NCBI GenBank assembly: GCA_963422645.2
Contig: CAXXVO010000005.1
Location: 192,001-256,000 of the forward strand
Source of the DNA: Alphaproteobacteria bacterium
GTDB taxonomy: Bacteria > Pseudomonadota > Alphaproteobacteria > UBA828
DNA: 64,000 nucleotides
Direction: 5' to 3'
The stretch's first letter is position 1. Every line of letters starts with the position of its first letter. The position numbers and the translations under genes were made by a program. Of this stretch, positions 48,814 to 60,726 are shown piece after piece. The notes below the pieces were generated by a model. The model was not told the DNA's origin. It saw nothing but the letters and a program-made list of their open reading frames with translations, and made no database searches.

Positions 48814-49983
48814 GTGTCCACTTCAGTGATGGCCAACTATGGCCGCTTCGACCTCACCTTCGAGCGGGGTGAGGGGTCGTACCTCTATGCGGCTGACGGC
48901 GCGCGCTACCTGGATTTCGGCTGCGGCATCGGCGTGACCAGCCTGGGCCATGCGCATCCGCACGTGGTCGCCGCGCTTGAGGCCCAGAGCAAGGAGCTCT
49001 GGCACGTCTCGAACCTCTACCATATTCCGCCGCAGGCACGCCTCGCCGAGCGGCTCACCGCCGCGTCCTTCGCCGACCGCGTACTCTTCTGCAATTCCGG
49101 CGCGGAGGCGATGGAGTGCGCGATCAAGCTCGCGCGCATCTATCAGACCAGCCGCGGCGCGCCGGAGCGTTATCGCGTGGTTACCTTCCGCAACGCTTTC
49201 CACGGGCGGACGCTCGCGACCATCGCGGCGGGCGCCCAGGCCAAGCACCTCAAGGGATTCGAGCCTGCCGTCGATGCCTTCGACCAGGTGGATCTGAACG
49301 ACCTGGATGCGACCCGTGCTGCCATCGGCGACGAGACCGCGGCACTGCTGGTCGAGCCGATCCAGGGCGAGGGCGGAATTCATCCAGCGACCGACGCGTT
49401 CCTGCAGGGCTTACGCGCCTTGGCGGACGAAGCGGGCCTGGTTCTCATCTTCGACGAGGTGCAGTGCGGCGTGGGGCGCACCGGCCGGCTCTTCGCCCAC
49501 GAGTGGGCGGGCGTCGCGCCCGACATCATGGCGGTCGCCAAGGCGCTGGGGAACGGCTTCCCCATCGGCGCATGCCTCGCGCGGGAGGATGTGGCAGCGG
49601 CGATGGTTCCCGGCAGCCACGGCACCACCTTCGGCGGCAACCCGCTGGCGACCGCAGTGGCCAACGCCGTGCTCGACGTGGTGCTTGCCGATGGCTTCCT
49701 CGATAGCGTGCAGAAGAAGGGCGCGCTGCTCGCCGAGCGGCTGACCGCGCTTGCCGGCAACAAGAGCGTTTACACCGGCGTGCGCGGCCGAGGCATGATG
49801 CTGGGGCTCGAGTGCGTCGTGCCCAACATGGAGCTGCTCGGCGCGCTGCGCGAGAACAAGGTGCTGGCGCTGCCGGCGGACAGCAACGTGCTTCGCATGC
49901 TGCCCCCGCTCAATATCGGCGAGGCCGAGATCGACGAGGCCTGCGATGCGCTGGAGCGGGCCTTGGCCCAGGTAGGGTCGTGA
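48814..49983 (+). CDS. argD: Acetylornithine aminotransferase
   Basis: NSGAEA, FHGRT, EPIQGEGG, DEVQCG; adjacent to argF. Confidence 0.93.
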   Translation: MSTSVMANYGRFDLTFERGEGSYLYAADGARYLDFGCGIGVTSLGHAHPHVVAALEAQSKELWHVSNLYHIPPQARLAERLTAASFADRVLFCNSGAEAMECAIKLARIYQTSRGAPERYRVVTFRNAFHGRTLATIAAGAQAKHLKGFEPAVDAFDQVDLNDLDATRAAIGDETAALLVEPIQGEGGIHPATDAFLQGLRALADEAGLVLIFDEVQCGVGRTGRLFAHEWAGVAPDIMAVAKALGNGFPIGACLAREDVAAAMVPGSHGTTFGGNPLATAVANAVLDVVLADGFLDSVQKKGALLAERLTALAGNKSVYTGVRGRGMMLGLECVVPNMELLGALRENKVLALPADSNVLRMLPPLNIGEAEIDEACDALERALAQVGS

Positions 49984-50885
49984 CCCGGCCGCGCCACTTC
50001 CTCGATTTCGACGGGATCAACGCCGCCACGCTGCGCGCCACCATCGACCGGGCGCGCACGCTCAAGGGGCGGAACGGCGCCGCGCCGCTCGCCGGCAAGA
50101 CGCTGGCCGCGATCTTCGAGAGCCCGTCGACACGGACGCGGGTCTCGTTCGAGGTCGCCATGGACGAGCTCGGCGGCAAGACCATCACCATGACGGCGTC
50201 CGACATGCAGCTCGGGCGCGGCGAGACCATCGAGGACACCGCGCGCGTGCTCTCGCGCTACGTCGACGCGATCGCGCTGCGCACCCGCTCCCACGAGACG
50301 CTGCTGGCGCTGGCGGAGGGTGCGAGCGTGCCGGTTATCAACGCGCTCTCCGACCGCAGCCATCCCTGCCAACTCGTGGCCGACGTGATGACCTACGAGG
50401 AGCACCGGGGCCCCATCGCAGGCCGCACGGTCGCCTGGCTGGGCGACGGCAACAACATGGCCGCGACCTGGGTGCAGACCGCCGCGCACTGCGGCTTCAG
50501 CCTGCGCGTCGCCTGCCCGGCGGCCTACCCGCCGCCGCCCGGGATCGTCGCCTGGGCGAAGGGGCGGGGGGCAGACATCAGGGTGGGTACCGATGTGGCC
50601 GGCGCGGTGACCGGTGCCGACTGCGTGGTGACCGACACCTGGGTGTCGCTGCACGACGACCCCGCGCGCAAGGGCAACGTGTCGTTCGAGCCCTTCCGGG
50701 TCGACGAGGCGGTGATGGCGATGGCGGCGCCCGATGCGATCTTCATGCACTGCCTGCCGGCGAAGCGAGGCTGCGAGGTGACCGACGCGGTGCTCGACGG
50801 CCCGCAGTCCGTGGTGTTGGACGAGGCGGCCAACCGCGTGCCCGCGCAGAAGGCGATCCTACTCTGGTGCCTCGAGGGCGGCTGA
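49980..50885 (+). CDS. argF: Ornithine carbamoyltransferase
   Basis: STRTRVSF, HPCQ, HCLP. Confidence 0.92.
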   Translation: MTRPRHFLDFDGINAATLRATIDRARTLKGRNGAAPLAGKTLAAIFESPSTRTRVSFEVAMDELGGKTITMTASDMQLGRGETIEDTARVLSRYVDAIALRTRSHETLLALAEGASVPVINALSDRSHPCQLVADVMTYEEHRGPIAGRTVAWLGDGNNMAATWVQTAAHCGFSLRVACPAAYPPPPGIVAWAKGRGADIRVGTDVAGAVTGADCVVTDTWVSLHDDPARKGNVSFEPFRVDEAVMAMAAPDAIFMHCLPAKRGCEVTDAVLDGPQSVVLDEAANRVPAQKAILLWCLEGG

Positions 50886-50945
50886 GTATTTCAGCCCTGC
50901 CACCCATCCTCTGACGGACGATACCGATCCATGCTGGATTCGGTA

Positions 50946-50974
50946 TTGACACTTTAAGTGAGTCGTAACATTAT
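50946..50974 (+). promoter_or_regulatory. Sigma70-type promoter
   Basis: TTGACA-N17-CATTAT in an AT-rich intergenic stretch. Confidence 0.6.
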
Positions 50975-51018
50975 CACACTCCAATAAGATCACATCGTCG
51001 CGTTCGGGGAATGGTGCC

Positions 51019-51581
51019 GTGCCGACAATCCGCATTTCTGACCAATCGATGCAGCGACTGAAGGCGTGGGCGGAGCCGCTCGTGGACTCGGCGGACTCGG
51101 CCCTTGCGAAGGCGCTGGACGCCGCCGAACGCTATCGTGAAACACACGACCCAACGGCCACAGGCCCCGTCCAAGGGAGCGGCGATCATGCTCCGGGGCT
51201 ACCGGAGGAGACGGTTAGAGAGCCCCTCATGGACGTCATCTATGAGCGAGGTGGCCGCGCGAGCGGGCGCGATCTTTATCCGGCCCTGAGAGAGCGCATG
51301 AAACGTTACATGACGCCCGGCGATTTCGACCGAATCAGCTCGGGCGACGACAGATGGAGAAGTACCGTGAAGTCGGCACGCGAAGACCTGGTTCAAGAGG
51401 GATATCTCCGCGACGATTCGCCACGGGGGGTCTGGGCGCTCTCCGACGCGGGCGTCGCATTGGTCGAGAGCCGTCGTGTGGCTTCCTCGGGAAGCTTCGT
51501 CGATCACCTTCTCGCGTTCCCGGACGTGGGTGAGGATTCCGACTTCGATCAGCCGCGCTCGGGCCCGCGGCCGGTGGACCT

Positions 51582-51585
<4 letters not shown>
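51019..51585 (+). CDS. Putative antitoxin: RHH-like N-terminus, Mrr_N-like winged helix, VapB-like acidic tail
   Basis: MPTIRISD..; RWRSTVKSAREDLVQEGYL..SPRGVWALS; SFVDHLLAFP..DFDQPR; GTGA overlap with the PIN gene. Confidence 0.65.
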
Positions 51586-53514
<1,929 letters not shown>

Positions 53515-53537
53515 GAGAGACGAGGGGAGGCAGAGCG

Positions 53538-53776
53538 ATGAGTGACGACATCATCTCGGTGGACGAGTTCGAGAAGACGCGGGTGGCGCGCTTCAACCAG
53601 CTCGAAGGCAGCACGCTGCCCATGCTGGACGCGGTGATTCCCGGCTGCGAGCGCGAGATCTACCAGATCATCGGCCGCGGTGTCGGCGAGGACGCGACTC
53701 AGAAGGCCGCGATCACCGACAATCGGGATTTCAACGTCGCCGTGGTGCGCTGCGCGCCCGGCAAGGGCACGCTGCA
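53538..53776 (+). pseudogene. Cupin-like protein truncated by a prophage end
   Basis: RBS and MSDDII start; FNVAVVRCAPGKGTLH then an abrupt switch to repeat sequence. Confidence 0.6.
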
Positions 53777-53782
53777 TGTAGC

Positions 53783-53826
53783 CGGCCGAAAGTCTTTGCG
53801 AATCGCGGCCGGAAGTCTTTGCGAAT
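53783..53826 (+). repeat. Two 21-bp direct repeats (candidate transposase-binding sites)
   Basis: CGGCCGAAAGTCTTTGCGAAT (53783-803) and CGGCCGGAAGTCTTTGCGAAT (53806-826). Confidence 0.9.
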
Positions 53827-53948
53827 GGCCTGGAAAATCGTCTGGTTTTCGGGGCTGAATCGGGCTGGAAAAACCGGCCTGTGCATGGGCCGTGAAGGAG
53901 CGCTGCGCGGGGGGTTCAGGGCCCGTGCACGGGCGGTGCGTGAGGGTT

Positions 53949-54833
53949 TCAGGCGCGGTCGGGACCGGGGCGGGCGCCGGGGCGGCACGGGCGTTCGAGT
54001 TCGGCCTTCCACCATTCGGGGTCTTCGACGGCGCGTTCTGCGGCGTCGTATCCGTCGTGACCGGTCCATCTTCCGGGGTCGGCGTCGGCGTACCATCGGC
54101 CTGCGCCGCGGTGTCGTTCGAGGGCGTCGTCGATGCGGGCGATCCCGTCCGCCGGGCGTCCCCGGCAGAAGCGCTCGAAGAAGGCGTTGAGGCGGCATCG
54201 GGGGCAGCGTCCGCAGGGCTCTGCCGCGACGGTGCATCGCCAGGTGAGCGCCTCCAGCCCGGGCGGGAGCAGGGCCTGGAGCATGAAGCGCCCGGCGACG
54301 GGTCCGAAGGGGTCGTCCCGCGACGGCGGCCACTGCGCGCCGTCCTCCCAGCCGGGGAAGAAGGGGAGTTCCATGGGGACGGCGGTGCGCGCGCGGTAGG
54401 CCGGATGCCAGTACATGCGGTGCATGTCGTCGGCGGTGTCCCACGAGGTGATGCCGAGCATCACCCGGTCGGCGCGGTGGCGCTCGGCCTCGTCGGCGTG
54501 GGTTGCGTACCGGTCGAGGCCCCAGGGGCCGAATGTGGGGTCGCAGACGCCCTCCCACCCTCTCCCGTCCCTGATCGGGTATCCGGCGCCGGCATCGAGG
54601 TCGAGGCGCAGGGCGTCGCGCGACACGTGGCGCACGGGCCGGACGTTCCGGGAGAGCCAGTCTGCGACGGCCTCGCTTGCGGCCTGCTCGCGGGCGATGC
54701 GCGCGGGCAGTTCGCGGGCCGGCTCGCGGTAGTAGGAGAGGACGACCTCGTCTTCGGTCTCGCGCAGGACGAGGAGGGCGAGGGCGGTGCTGTCGATGCC
54801 GCCGCCTGCGGGGACGAGGGTGCGTCTTGGCAT
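53949..54833 (-). CDS. QueC-like PP-loop ATP pyrophosphatase
   Basis: N-terminal AGGGIDST; C-terminal TWRCTVAAEPCGRCPRC Zn motif. Confidence 0.7.
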   Translation of the reverse strand: MPRRTLVPAGGGIDSTALALLVLRETEDEVVLSYYREPARELPARIAREQAASEAVADWLSRNVRPVRHVSRDALRLDLDAGAGYPIRDGRGWEGVCDPTFGPWGLDRYATHADEAERHRADRVMLGITSWDTADDMHRMYWHPAYRARTAVPMELPFFPGWEDGAQWPPSRDDPFGPVAGRFMLQALLPPGLEALTWRCTVAAEPCGRCPRCRLNAFFERFCRGRPADGIARIDDALERHRGAGRWYADADPGRWTGHDGYDAAERAVEDPEWWKAELERPCRPGARPGPDRA

Positions 54834-54834
54834 C

Positions 54835-55647
54835 CTAGCCCCACTCGATGACGATATAGCCGGCGGAGACCGGGGAGGGCACGGTGAGCTGGGTGTGTCG
54901 GCTGACGCCGCTTGCGCCGGCGGGGGCGGAGGAGGTTCCGTCTGCGCCGTCTGCGCCGTTGCGTCCGTAGACCGCTCTCTTGCCGCCCTTGCCGCCGCGC
55001 GCCGTGCCGCCGAGGACGGCGGTGTTGCTGCCGTCGCCGCCGTCGGTGCCGGGGCGCGCCGTGCTGGTAAGGAGGGTGGGCGGTCCGTCCGTGCCGTCCA
55101 CGCCGTTGCTTCCCACGGACCACCAGTAGGAGCTGCCCGGCGAGACCGCGATCTCGAAGTAGATGAAGCCGCCGCCGCCGCCGTCGCCGCCACGCCAGGT
55201 GGTGCGCCTGTCGGGGCCCCTGCCGCCGGAGGTGATGCGGGTATAGCTGCCGCCGTCGCCGGCGGCGCCGCCCCGCAACTGCACGCGCACGCGGGTCACG
55301 CCCGTGGGCGCGACCCAGTACCCGGAGTCGGGCGTGGTGAAGGTCTTGCGCCCGCGCGGCGTGGGCCGGGGCGCCGGCTCGGGCGCGGGACGCGGCGGCG
55401 CCGTGCGCTCGCTGAGGTTGGCCAGCCGCGTGCGCTCGGCCGCGCTGAACACCTCGCCCCGCATCTGGCGGAAGGGGTGCAGGCCGGAGCCGTCGAGGGT
55501 GGCGACGCCGCCCGGATCGCCGAAGGCGTCGATCATGGCGTTGATTGTGTCGGCCATGGCCTTTATGGCGACGCGGGCGTGGGCGGGCGAATCGCTGCCC
55601 TGGTCGAGGTGGGTGGTGTCGATCTTCCGGGTGGGCCATGCGGTCAT
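54835..55647 (-). CDS. Glycine-rich phage tail fibre/spike protein
   Basis: TFTTPDSGYWVAPTGVTRVRVQLRGG..GGGGG..GYIVIEW. Confidence 0.7.
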   Translation of the reverse strand: MTAWPTRKIDTTHLDQGSDSPAHARVAIKAMADTINAMIDAFGDPGGVATLDGSGLHPFRQMRGEVFSAAERTRLANLSERTAPPRPAPEPAPRPTPRGRKTFTTPDSGYWVAPTGVTRVRVQLRGGAAGDGGSYTRITSGGRGPDRRTTWRGGDGGGGGFIYFEIAVSPGSSYWWSVGSNGVDGTDGPPTLLTSTARPGTDGGDGSNTAVLGGTARGGKGGKRAVYGRNGADGADGTSSAPAGASGVSRHTQLTVPSPVSAGYIVIEWG

Positions 55648-55668
55648 TGGGTTTCCTTTCGCGCCCAC

Positions 55669-57498
55669 TCAGCTCGCCGGCGCGGCGATATGGGCGCGGG
55701 CGAGGCCGAAGCAGAGGTACTTGACGGTGGGGAGTTGCCCGCGCTCCCAGGTCCAGGTCCACTCGACCTGGACGATGCGTCCTGCAATCCTGTCCCCGGC
55801 GGCGTAGCCGGTCCAGGCGGCGGAGGCGAGGTCGTCTCGGAAGTCGGCGGCGCGCACGCGCACCGTCGGCTGGACGGCGGCGTCGGAGTCCCAGGCGAGC
55901 ACCGAGACGACGCCGTCCTGGCCGAGGTCTGCCGGCATGGAGGTGTAGACGGTGGGCTCGGCCGCCCAGGCCGCGCCGGGGAGCGCCCATCCGGTCCAGG
56001 CGTCCCAGGTGGTGAGGCCGCGCCAGGCGTAGTCGGCGGCGCCGGTGGCGGGATCGGCCCAGGAGAAGTCGAGGGCCGCGCCGGCGAGCGTGCCGCGGGT
56101 CCATCCCTCGGCGCTGGGGCAGGCCCAGAACAGGCTCTCGCCCCGGCGCTGGGCGCCGAGGCGCGCGGTGACGCGGCTCTCGGGGCCGTAGCGCCCGCCG
56201 GTGTCGAGGGCGCGGAAGGAGAATACCCAGTCGCCGGCGGCGGGCTCGACGGCCTCCCACGGGCTTGCGGTGAGCCACCCCCGGTGGATCGCGCGCAGCT
56301 CTTCCCACGGCGTGCCCGGATCTGCGGGCCAGCCGGGCGCGGGTCCGTATCTGATGCGGACGCCGAGCAGGTCGGGGTCGGGCGGCTCGGCCCAGCGGAA
56401 GCGCCGGGTTCCGTCGCCGAGGCGCTCGACGTGGGCCTCGCCGACGGCGCCGGGGGGCGTGCGCAGGCCGCGGATCGTATATGCGATGCGGTGCCGCGGG
56501 CCGCCGCCGCGGGGCAGGACGACGATCTCGATCCAGCCCTCGGGCGGGCTGGTCCAGCGCGCCTCCGTGTCGCCGCCGTCGAGGCTGGCGACGGTGCGCA
56601 TGGGCCGGCGCTCCCACGACGCGCGGACCTCGGCGCCGCGCCAGTCGCCGGCGACGGTGAGGGAGAGCGCGATCTCGACGAGGAAGGCGGCGCCGACGCG
56701 GATCAGGGTCTCGGTGACGGTGGCGTGCAGGACCCGCGGCAGATTGCGCCGTATCTGCGGCAGATCGACCGAGAGGTCGGCGGTGGCGGCAGCGTAGTAG
56801 GCGCCGAGCTCGTCGACGGCCTCGAGGCGCACCCGGTCCCCGGATCTGGGGCTGACGCCCACGACCTTCACCCTCGCCGGCCCGGCGCCTGCGGGATAGA
56901 GGCGCCAGAGCGTGTCGACGGGCTCGCCGATTCCGTCCTCCGGCGCGGGTGTCGTCCACACGCGGGCGGTTTCGGCGCCGTTCGCGCGCGCGCCGGAGCC
57001 GGGCGGGCCGGCATGGGCGCGCACGGTCTCGAGCGCCCCTTCGGGCCGGCGCAGCATCAGCCAGTCGGTCCCCGCCGCGCCGGCGATCCGCACGGCGCGG
57101 TCGAGGGTGCATCCGTCGTCGTGCAGGGCGACGAGCCGGCCCGTGCGGCCCCCGTCGAGCAGGCCGTGGCTGAGGTGGACCACGTCGCCGCGCCTGATGG
57201 AGAGGCCTTCCGGCCCCGTCTCCCAGGCGATCCGCCGCCGGTGGTAGCGCTGGCGCGCGGCCTGGAGGTTGCACTCCAGGGCGGCCTGTTCGCGCGTCGT
57301 GACCCCGGCGAGCGTGAGCGTGGCGGTGGACGCGGGCGGGTATTCCGCGTCCGGCACGGTGCGGCGCACGGTGTTCCACTGCCAGTCGAGATCGGGGTCG
57401 ATATAGCGACAGGCGATCTCGTCCGCGCCGCGGCCTGCGGCCCAGTCCACCTCGAGGGAGCCTGCGACGATGTTGCCGGGGGTTATCATGGCCGTCGC
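55669..57498 (-). pseudogene. Tail tip/host-specificity J-like protein, C-terminal part
   Basis: NIVAGSLEVDW, YIDPDLDWQ, RRGDVVHLSH, FN3-like region; N-terminus missing. Confidence 0.7.
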
Positions 57499-57925
57499 TG
57501 AGCGCGCCGAGCGCGCGGAAGGTCAGCAGCAGCGACTGCATCTCCAGGATCGCCTCGTCGCCGAAGGTCGTGACCTGCTGAAGCTCCGCCGCCATCCGGC
57601 GCAGGTCCCCGGTCGTGAGCTCCGTGGCCTCGCCGAGGTTGCGGATGCCGCGCTCCACCTGCGCGATCGCCTGCTCCTGGCGCACCGTGGCGCGCACGAC
57701 GCCGCGGATCGCGCCCGCGAGGCCCAGGCCCGCCAGCACGCCGCGCAGGCTGAAGACGCTCCGCCGCGCGCGCTCGGCGGCGGCGCCCATCGCACGCATG
57801 CTCGCAGCCGCGCGGCCGCCCTGGCGGGCAGTCCCGCCGAGACGGCCCTCCAGCCGCTTCATGCCGCGTACCGCCTGCTCCAGGTCGGCCCGGACCCGGA
57901 GCGCAAGCTCGAGATCGCGCGCCAT
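57499..57925 (-). pseudogene. Tape measure protein, N-terminal fragment
   Basis: MARDLELALRVRAD..LQQVTTFGDEAILEMQSLLLTF, then fused out of frame to J. Confidence 0.75.
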
Positions 57926-58081
57926 CTAGCGGGCCGCCGTCATGATGTTGTCCGTGCGCCGCGCGCGTCTCATACTCGCGGCCATGAGATGCACCGGCGG
58001 GATCGACGCCCTGATCGGGCGCGTCGCAGGGGACTGCGCCGCGGCGGCCTGCTGGCTCGCCGTCCTGTTCGCAGTGCTCAT
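57926..58081 (-). CDS. Small phage hypothetical protein
   Basis: 51-aa ORF exactly filling the gap; ATGA overlap upstream, abuts the tape measure start. Confidence 0.35.
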   Translation of the reverse strand: MSTANRTASQQAAAAQSPATRPIRASIPPVHLMAASMRRARRTDNIMTAAR

Positions 58082-58310
58082 CCTGACAGCCTGACCCCGA
58101 GGCCGGCGGCGAGCGCCTCCAGCTCCTCCGCGCGCCGTTCCCCGGCGCGCCGCCAGAACAGCTCCATCTGCCGCCATGTCAGTGTCTCGCAGAGCTCCCG
58201 GTGCCCGCGCCCGTGGCCGGCGGCGGCGAGGTCGCCAAGGACGCGGGAGAGCGGAACAGGCGCGCCGTCTCCGCCCGCGCCGCGACGGCGCCCACGACGC
58301 GGCGCATGAA
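58078..58310 (-). CDS. Tail assembly chaperone T-like segment (-1 frame)
   Basis: LAAAGHG..LTWRQMELF..ERRAE; lies in the -1 frame relative to the chaperone ORF. Confidence 0.55.
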
Positions 58311-58715
58311 AAAACCCCCGTTCGCCCCCCACATCGCCATGGTGAGAGCATGAGCGTCGCCGTCGCCGAGCCGCGCGAGCCAGGCCGCATCGCGCCCGCA
58401 CGCGCGGGCCACCAGATCGAGCCAGAGATCGGCATGCGCGCCCAGCGCGGCATCGAGCGCCATGAGGTCGGGCAGCGCCGCCTCCGCGTCCTCCGGCGCC
58501 AGCTCCACAAGCGCCGCGATCAGCGGCCGCGCCAGCGCGCCCGCCTCCAGCCCCTCGCGGAAGCGGAACTCGCGCACCGTGAGCGTGACCGGCCGGCCCG
58601 TGTCCGGGTCGCGGACCTCGATATCGACATCGGGAAAGAGGATGCCGAGCTCGGCCGCCGTGTCCGGGGCCTCCGCCTTCGCGGCGGCCTTCGCCTCGCC
58701 CTTGCGCGCCGCCAT
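58179..58715 (-). CDS. Tail assembly chaperone (G-like)
   Basis: LGILFPD..LTVREFRFREGL..MWGANGGFF; located between tube and tape measure genes. Confidence 0.7.
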   Translation of the reverse strand: MAARKGEAKAAAKAEAPDTAAELGILFPDVDIEVRDPDTGRPVTLTVREFRFREGLEAGALARPLIAALVELAPEDAEAALPDLMALDAALGAHADLWLDLVARACGRDAAWLARLGDGDAHALTMAMWGANGGFFMRRVVGAVAARAETARLFRSPASLATSPPPATGAGTGSSARH

Positions 58716-59095
58716 CACGCCGCCTCCCCGTCGATCCAGAGCGCCGCCCTGGCGCCGCCCGGATCGAGGATCGAGCAGACCAGCGAGATCTGCTGCTCGG
58801 TGTCCCGGCTCTTCAGCGCGAACTCGCCGGACGGCCCGATCGAGCACTTCGGCGCGTAGTAGTCCCGCCCCTCGCCGGTATCCGCGTCCTCGATGTAGCG
58901 CACCGCGGCCAGAACCTCGCGCGGAGAGGACGAGGCCTTGACGATCCCGCGCTTCGGCCGGCCCTTGGCAGGCGTGTAGCTCACCCGGCAGCCGTCGTCG
59001 CCCGACACCGCCTCGCTCTTCAGGTAGATGCGCCCGCGCGCCTCGTCGATCTCGTAGTCCGTGCCCTTCACGGCGGCCGTGCTCCCCTTGGCTGT
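58715..59095 (-). pseudogene. Major tail tube protein, C-terminal part, truncated by IS21
   Basis: GTDYEIDEARGRIY..RDYYAPKCSIGPSGEFALK. Confidence 0.7.
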
Positions 59096-59211
59096 TGTTA
59101 AGCGTGGAAAAGTGACCCCCTATTGGGGGTGATCGGCGTCCAAAATTGACCCCCTTGGATTTGTGTCCATGAACACACCTCGTCGTTTGGACGGACGGGG
59201 TGGTGGGGGAG

Positions 59212-60726
59212 ATGCTGGTTGTGGAAACGATCGCGAAGATCCGTCGGGATCATCTGGTGAAGGGCGTTCCGATCAAGAAGCTCGCCCGGGATTTGAGGGT
59301 TTCCAAGAACACGATACGCAAGGTGGTGCGGGGCGATGCGACCTCGCACAGCTACGAGCGCAAGATCCAGCCGATGCCGAAGCTTGGGCTGTGGGTGGAG
59401 GAGCTTGAGCGCCAGCTGAAGGCCAACGAGAAGAAGGCACGCAAGGATCGGCTGTCTCTTCTGCGGATTCATGAAGACCTTGTGTCGCTGGGCTACAAGG
59501 GCGGCTATGACGCGGTTCGCCGCTATGCCAGGGCCTGGCGGCGCCGGTGGCGGCTGTTGTCGCCGGCGCAGGCCTATGTGCCGCTGATCTTCGATCCCGG
59601 CGAGGCCTACCAGTTCGACTGGAGCCACGAGTACGCGCGTCTGTCGGGCGCGACGACCAGGGTGAAGGCGGCGCACATGCGGCTGTGCCACAGCCGGATG
59701 TATCTGGTCCAGATCTTTCCCCGCGAGAGCCAGGAGATGGTCTTCGAGGCGCACGAGCGTGCCTTCCGCTTCTTCGGCGGGGTCTGCCGGCGGGGCATCT
59801 ACGACAACATGAAGACGGCGGTGAGCACGATCTTCGTGGGCAAGAAGCGGGACTACAACCGCCGCTTCCAGGAGCTGTGCTCGCACCATCTGGTGGAGCC
59901 TGTGGCGTGCACGCCAGGGGCTGGCTGGGAGAAGGGGCAGGTCGAGAAGCAGGTGGGTGACCTTCGCGGCCGCCTGTTCGTGCCCATCCCGCGGGGCCGC
60001 TCCTACGCCGAGATCAACGAGTGGCTGATGGATCGGTGCATCGAGGACGCCAAGAAGCATCCGCATCCGACAATCCCGGGCAAGACGGTGTGGCAGGTGT
60101 TCGAGGAGGAGCAGCCCTTCCTGATGGCGTATCGCGGCCCCTTCGACGGCTTCCATGCCAGCGAGGTGTCGGTCTCGAAGACCTGTCTGGTGCGCTTCGA
60201 CAACAACCAGTACAGCGTCGCGGCCCGCGCCGTCGGCCGGCCGGTGGACGTGCGGGCCTATGCCGATCGGATCGTCATCCGCCAGGACGGCGAGACCGTT
60301 GCCGAGCACCCCCGCAGCTTCGGGCGCGGCCGGTTCGTCTACGATCCGTGGCATTACGTGCCGATCCTGACGCGGAAGCCCGGCGCGCTACGCAATGGCG
60401 CGCCCTTCAAGGACTGGCAGTTGCCCAACGCGCTCGGCCGCCTGCGAACCCGGCTCGCGGGCCACGACGACGGCGACCGGCAGTTCGTCAAGGTGCTCGC
60501 GGCGGTGCTGGAGGACGGACTGGAGGCGGTTGAGGCGGCCTGTGCCGAGACGCTCGACTGCGGTGCCTGCAGCGCCGACGTGGTGCTCAACATCCTCGCC
60601 CGGCAGCGCCAGCCGGCACCGCCGGCAATCATCCCGACGCCCGAGGGCCTGCAGCTTCGCCACAAGCCGGTAGCCGACTGTCAGCGCTACGACAGCCTGA
60701 GGGAGGCCGGTCATGGAGCGTCATGA
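59212..60726 (+). CDS. istA: IS21 transposase
   Basis: [25 protein letters not shown]. Confidence 0.95.
   Translation: MLVVETIAKIRRDHLVKGVPIKKLARDLRVSKNTIRKVVRGDATSHSYERKIQPMPKLGLWVEELERQLKANEKKARKDRLSLLRIHEDLVSLGYKGGYDAVRRYARAWRRRWRLLSPAQAYVPLIFDPGEAYQFDWSHEYARLSGATTRVKAAHMRLCHSRMYLVQIFPRESQEMVFEAHERAFRFFGGVCRRGIYDNMKTAVSTIFVGKKRDYNRRFQELCSHHLVEPVACTPGAGWEKGQVEKQVGDLRGRLFVPIPRGRSYAEINEWLMDRCIEDAKKHPHPTIPGKTVWQVFEEEQPFLMAYRGPFDGFHASEVSVSKTCLVRFDNNQYSVAARAVGRPVDVRAYADRIVIRQDGETVAEHPRSFGRGRFVYDPWHYVPILTRKPGALRNGAPFKDWQLPNALGRLRTRLAGHDDGDRQFVKVLAAVLEDGLEAVEAACAETLDCGACSADVVLNILARQRQPAPPAIIPTPEGLQLRHKPVADCQRYDSLREAGHGAS

Larger units (their letters stand above)
53777..59095 (-). mobile_element. 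Decayed Mu-like transposable prophage remnant (tail module and right end)
   Basis: TG terminus with tandem 21-bp repeats; tail tube, chaperone, tape measure, J-like and fibre genes co-oriented toward the end. Confidence 0.75.

Noticed and set aside
49980-50885. argF with SLH instead of the SMG loop as a different carbamoyltransferase
   Set aside because: Coupling to argD and intact STRT, HPCQ and HCLP motifs favour an ordinary OTCase
53783-53826. Direct repeats as a CRISPR array
   Set aside because: Only two copies with a 2-bp gap, no spacers and no cas genes
54461-57925. 1154-aa ORF suggesting a full tape measure protein
   Set aside because: After about 140 aa it becomes Arg/Pro-rich off-frame translation of the J and fibre genes, caused by the deletion
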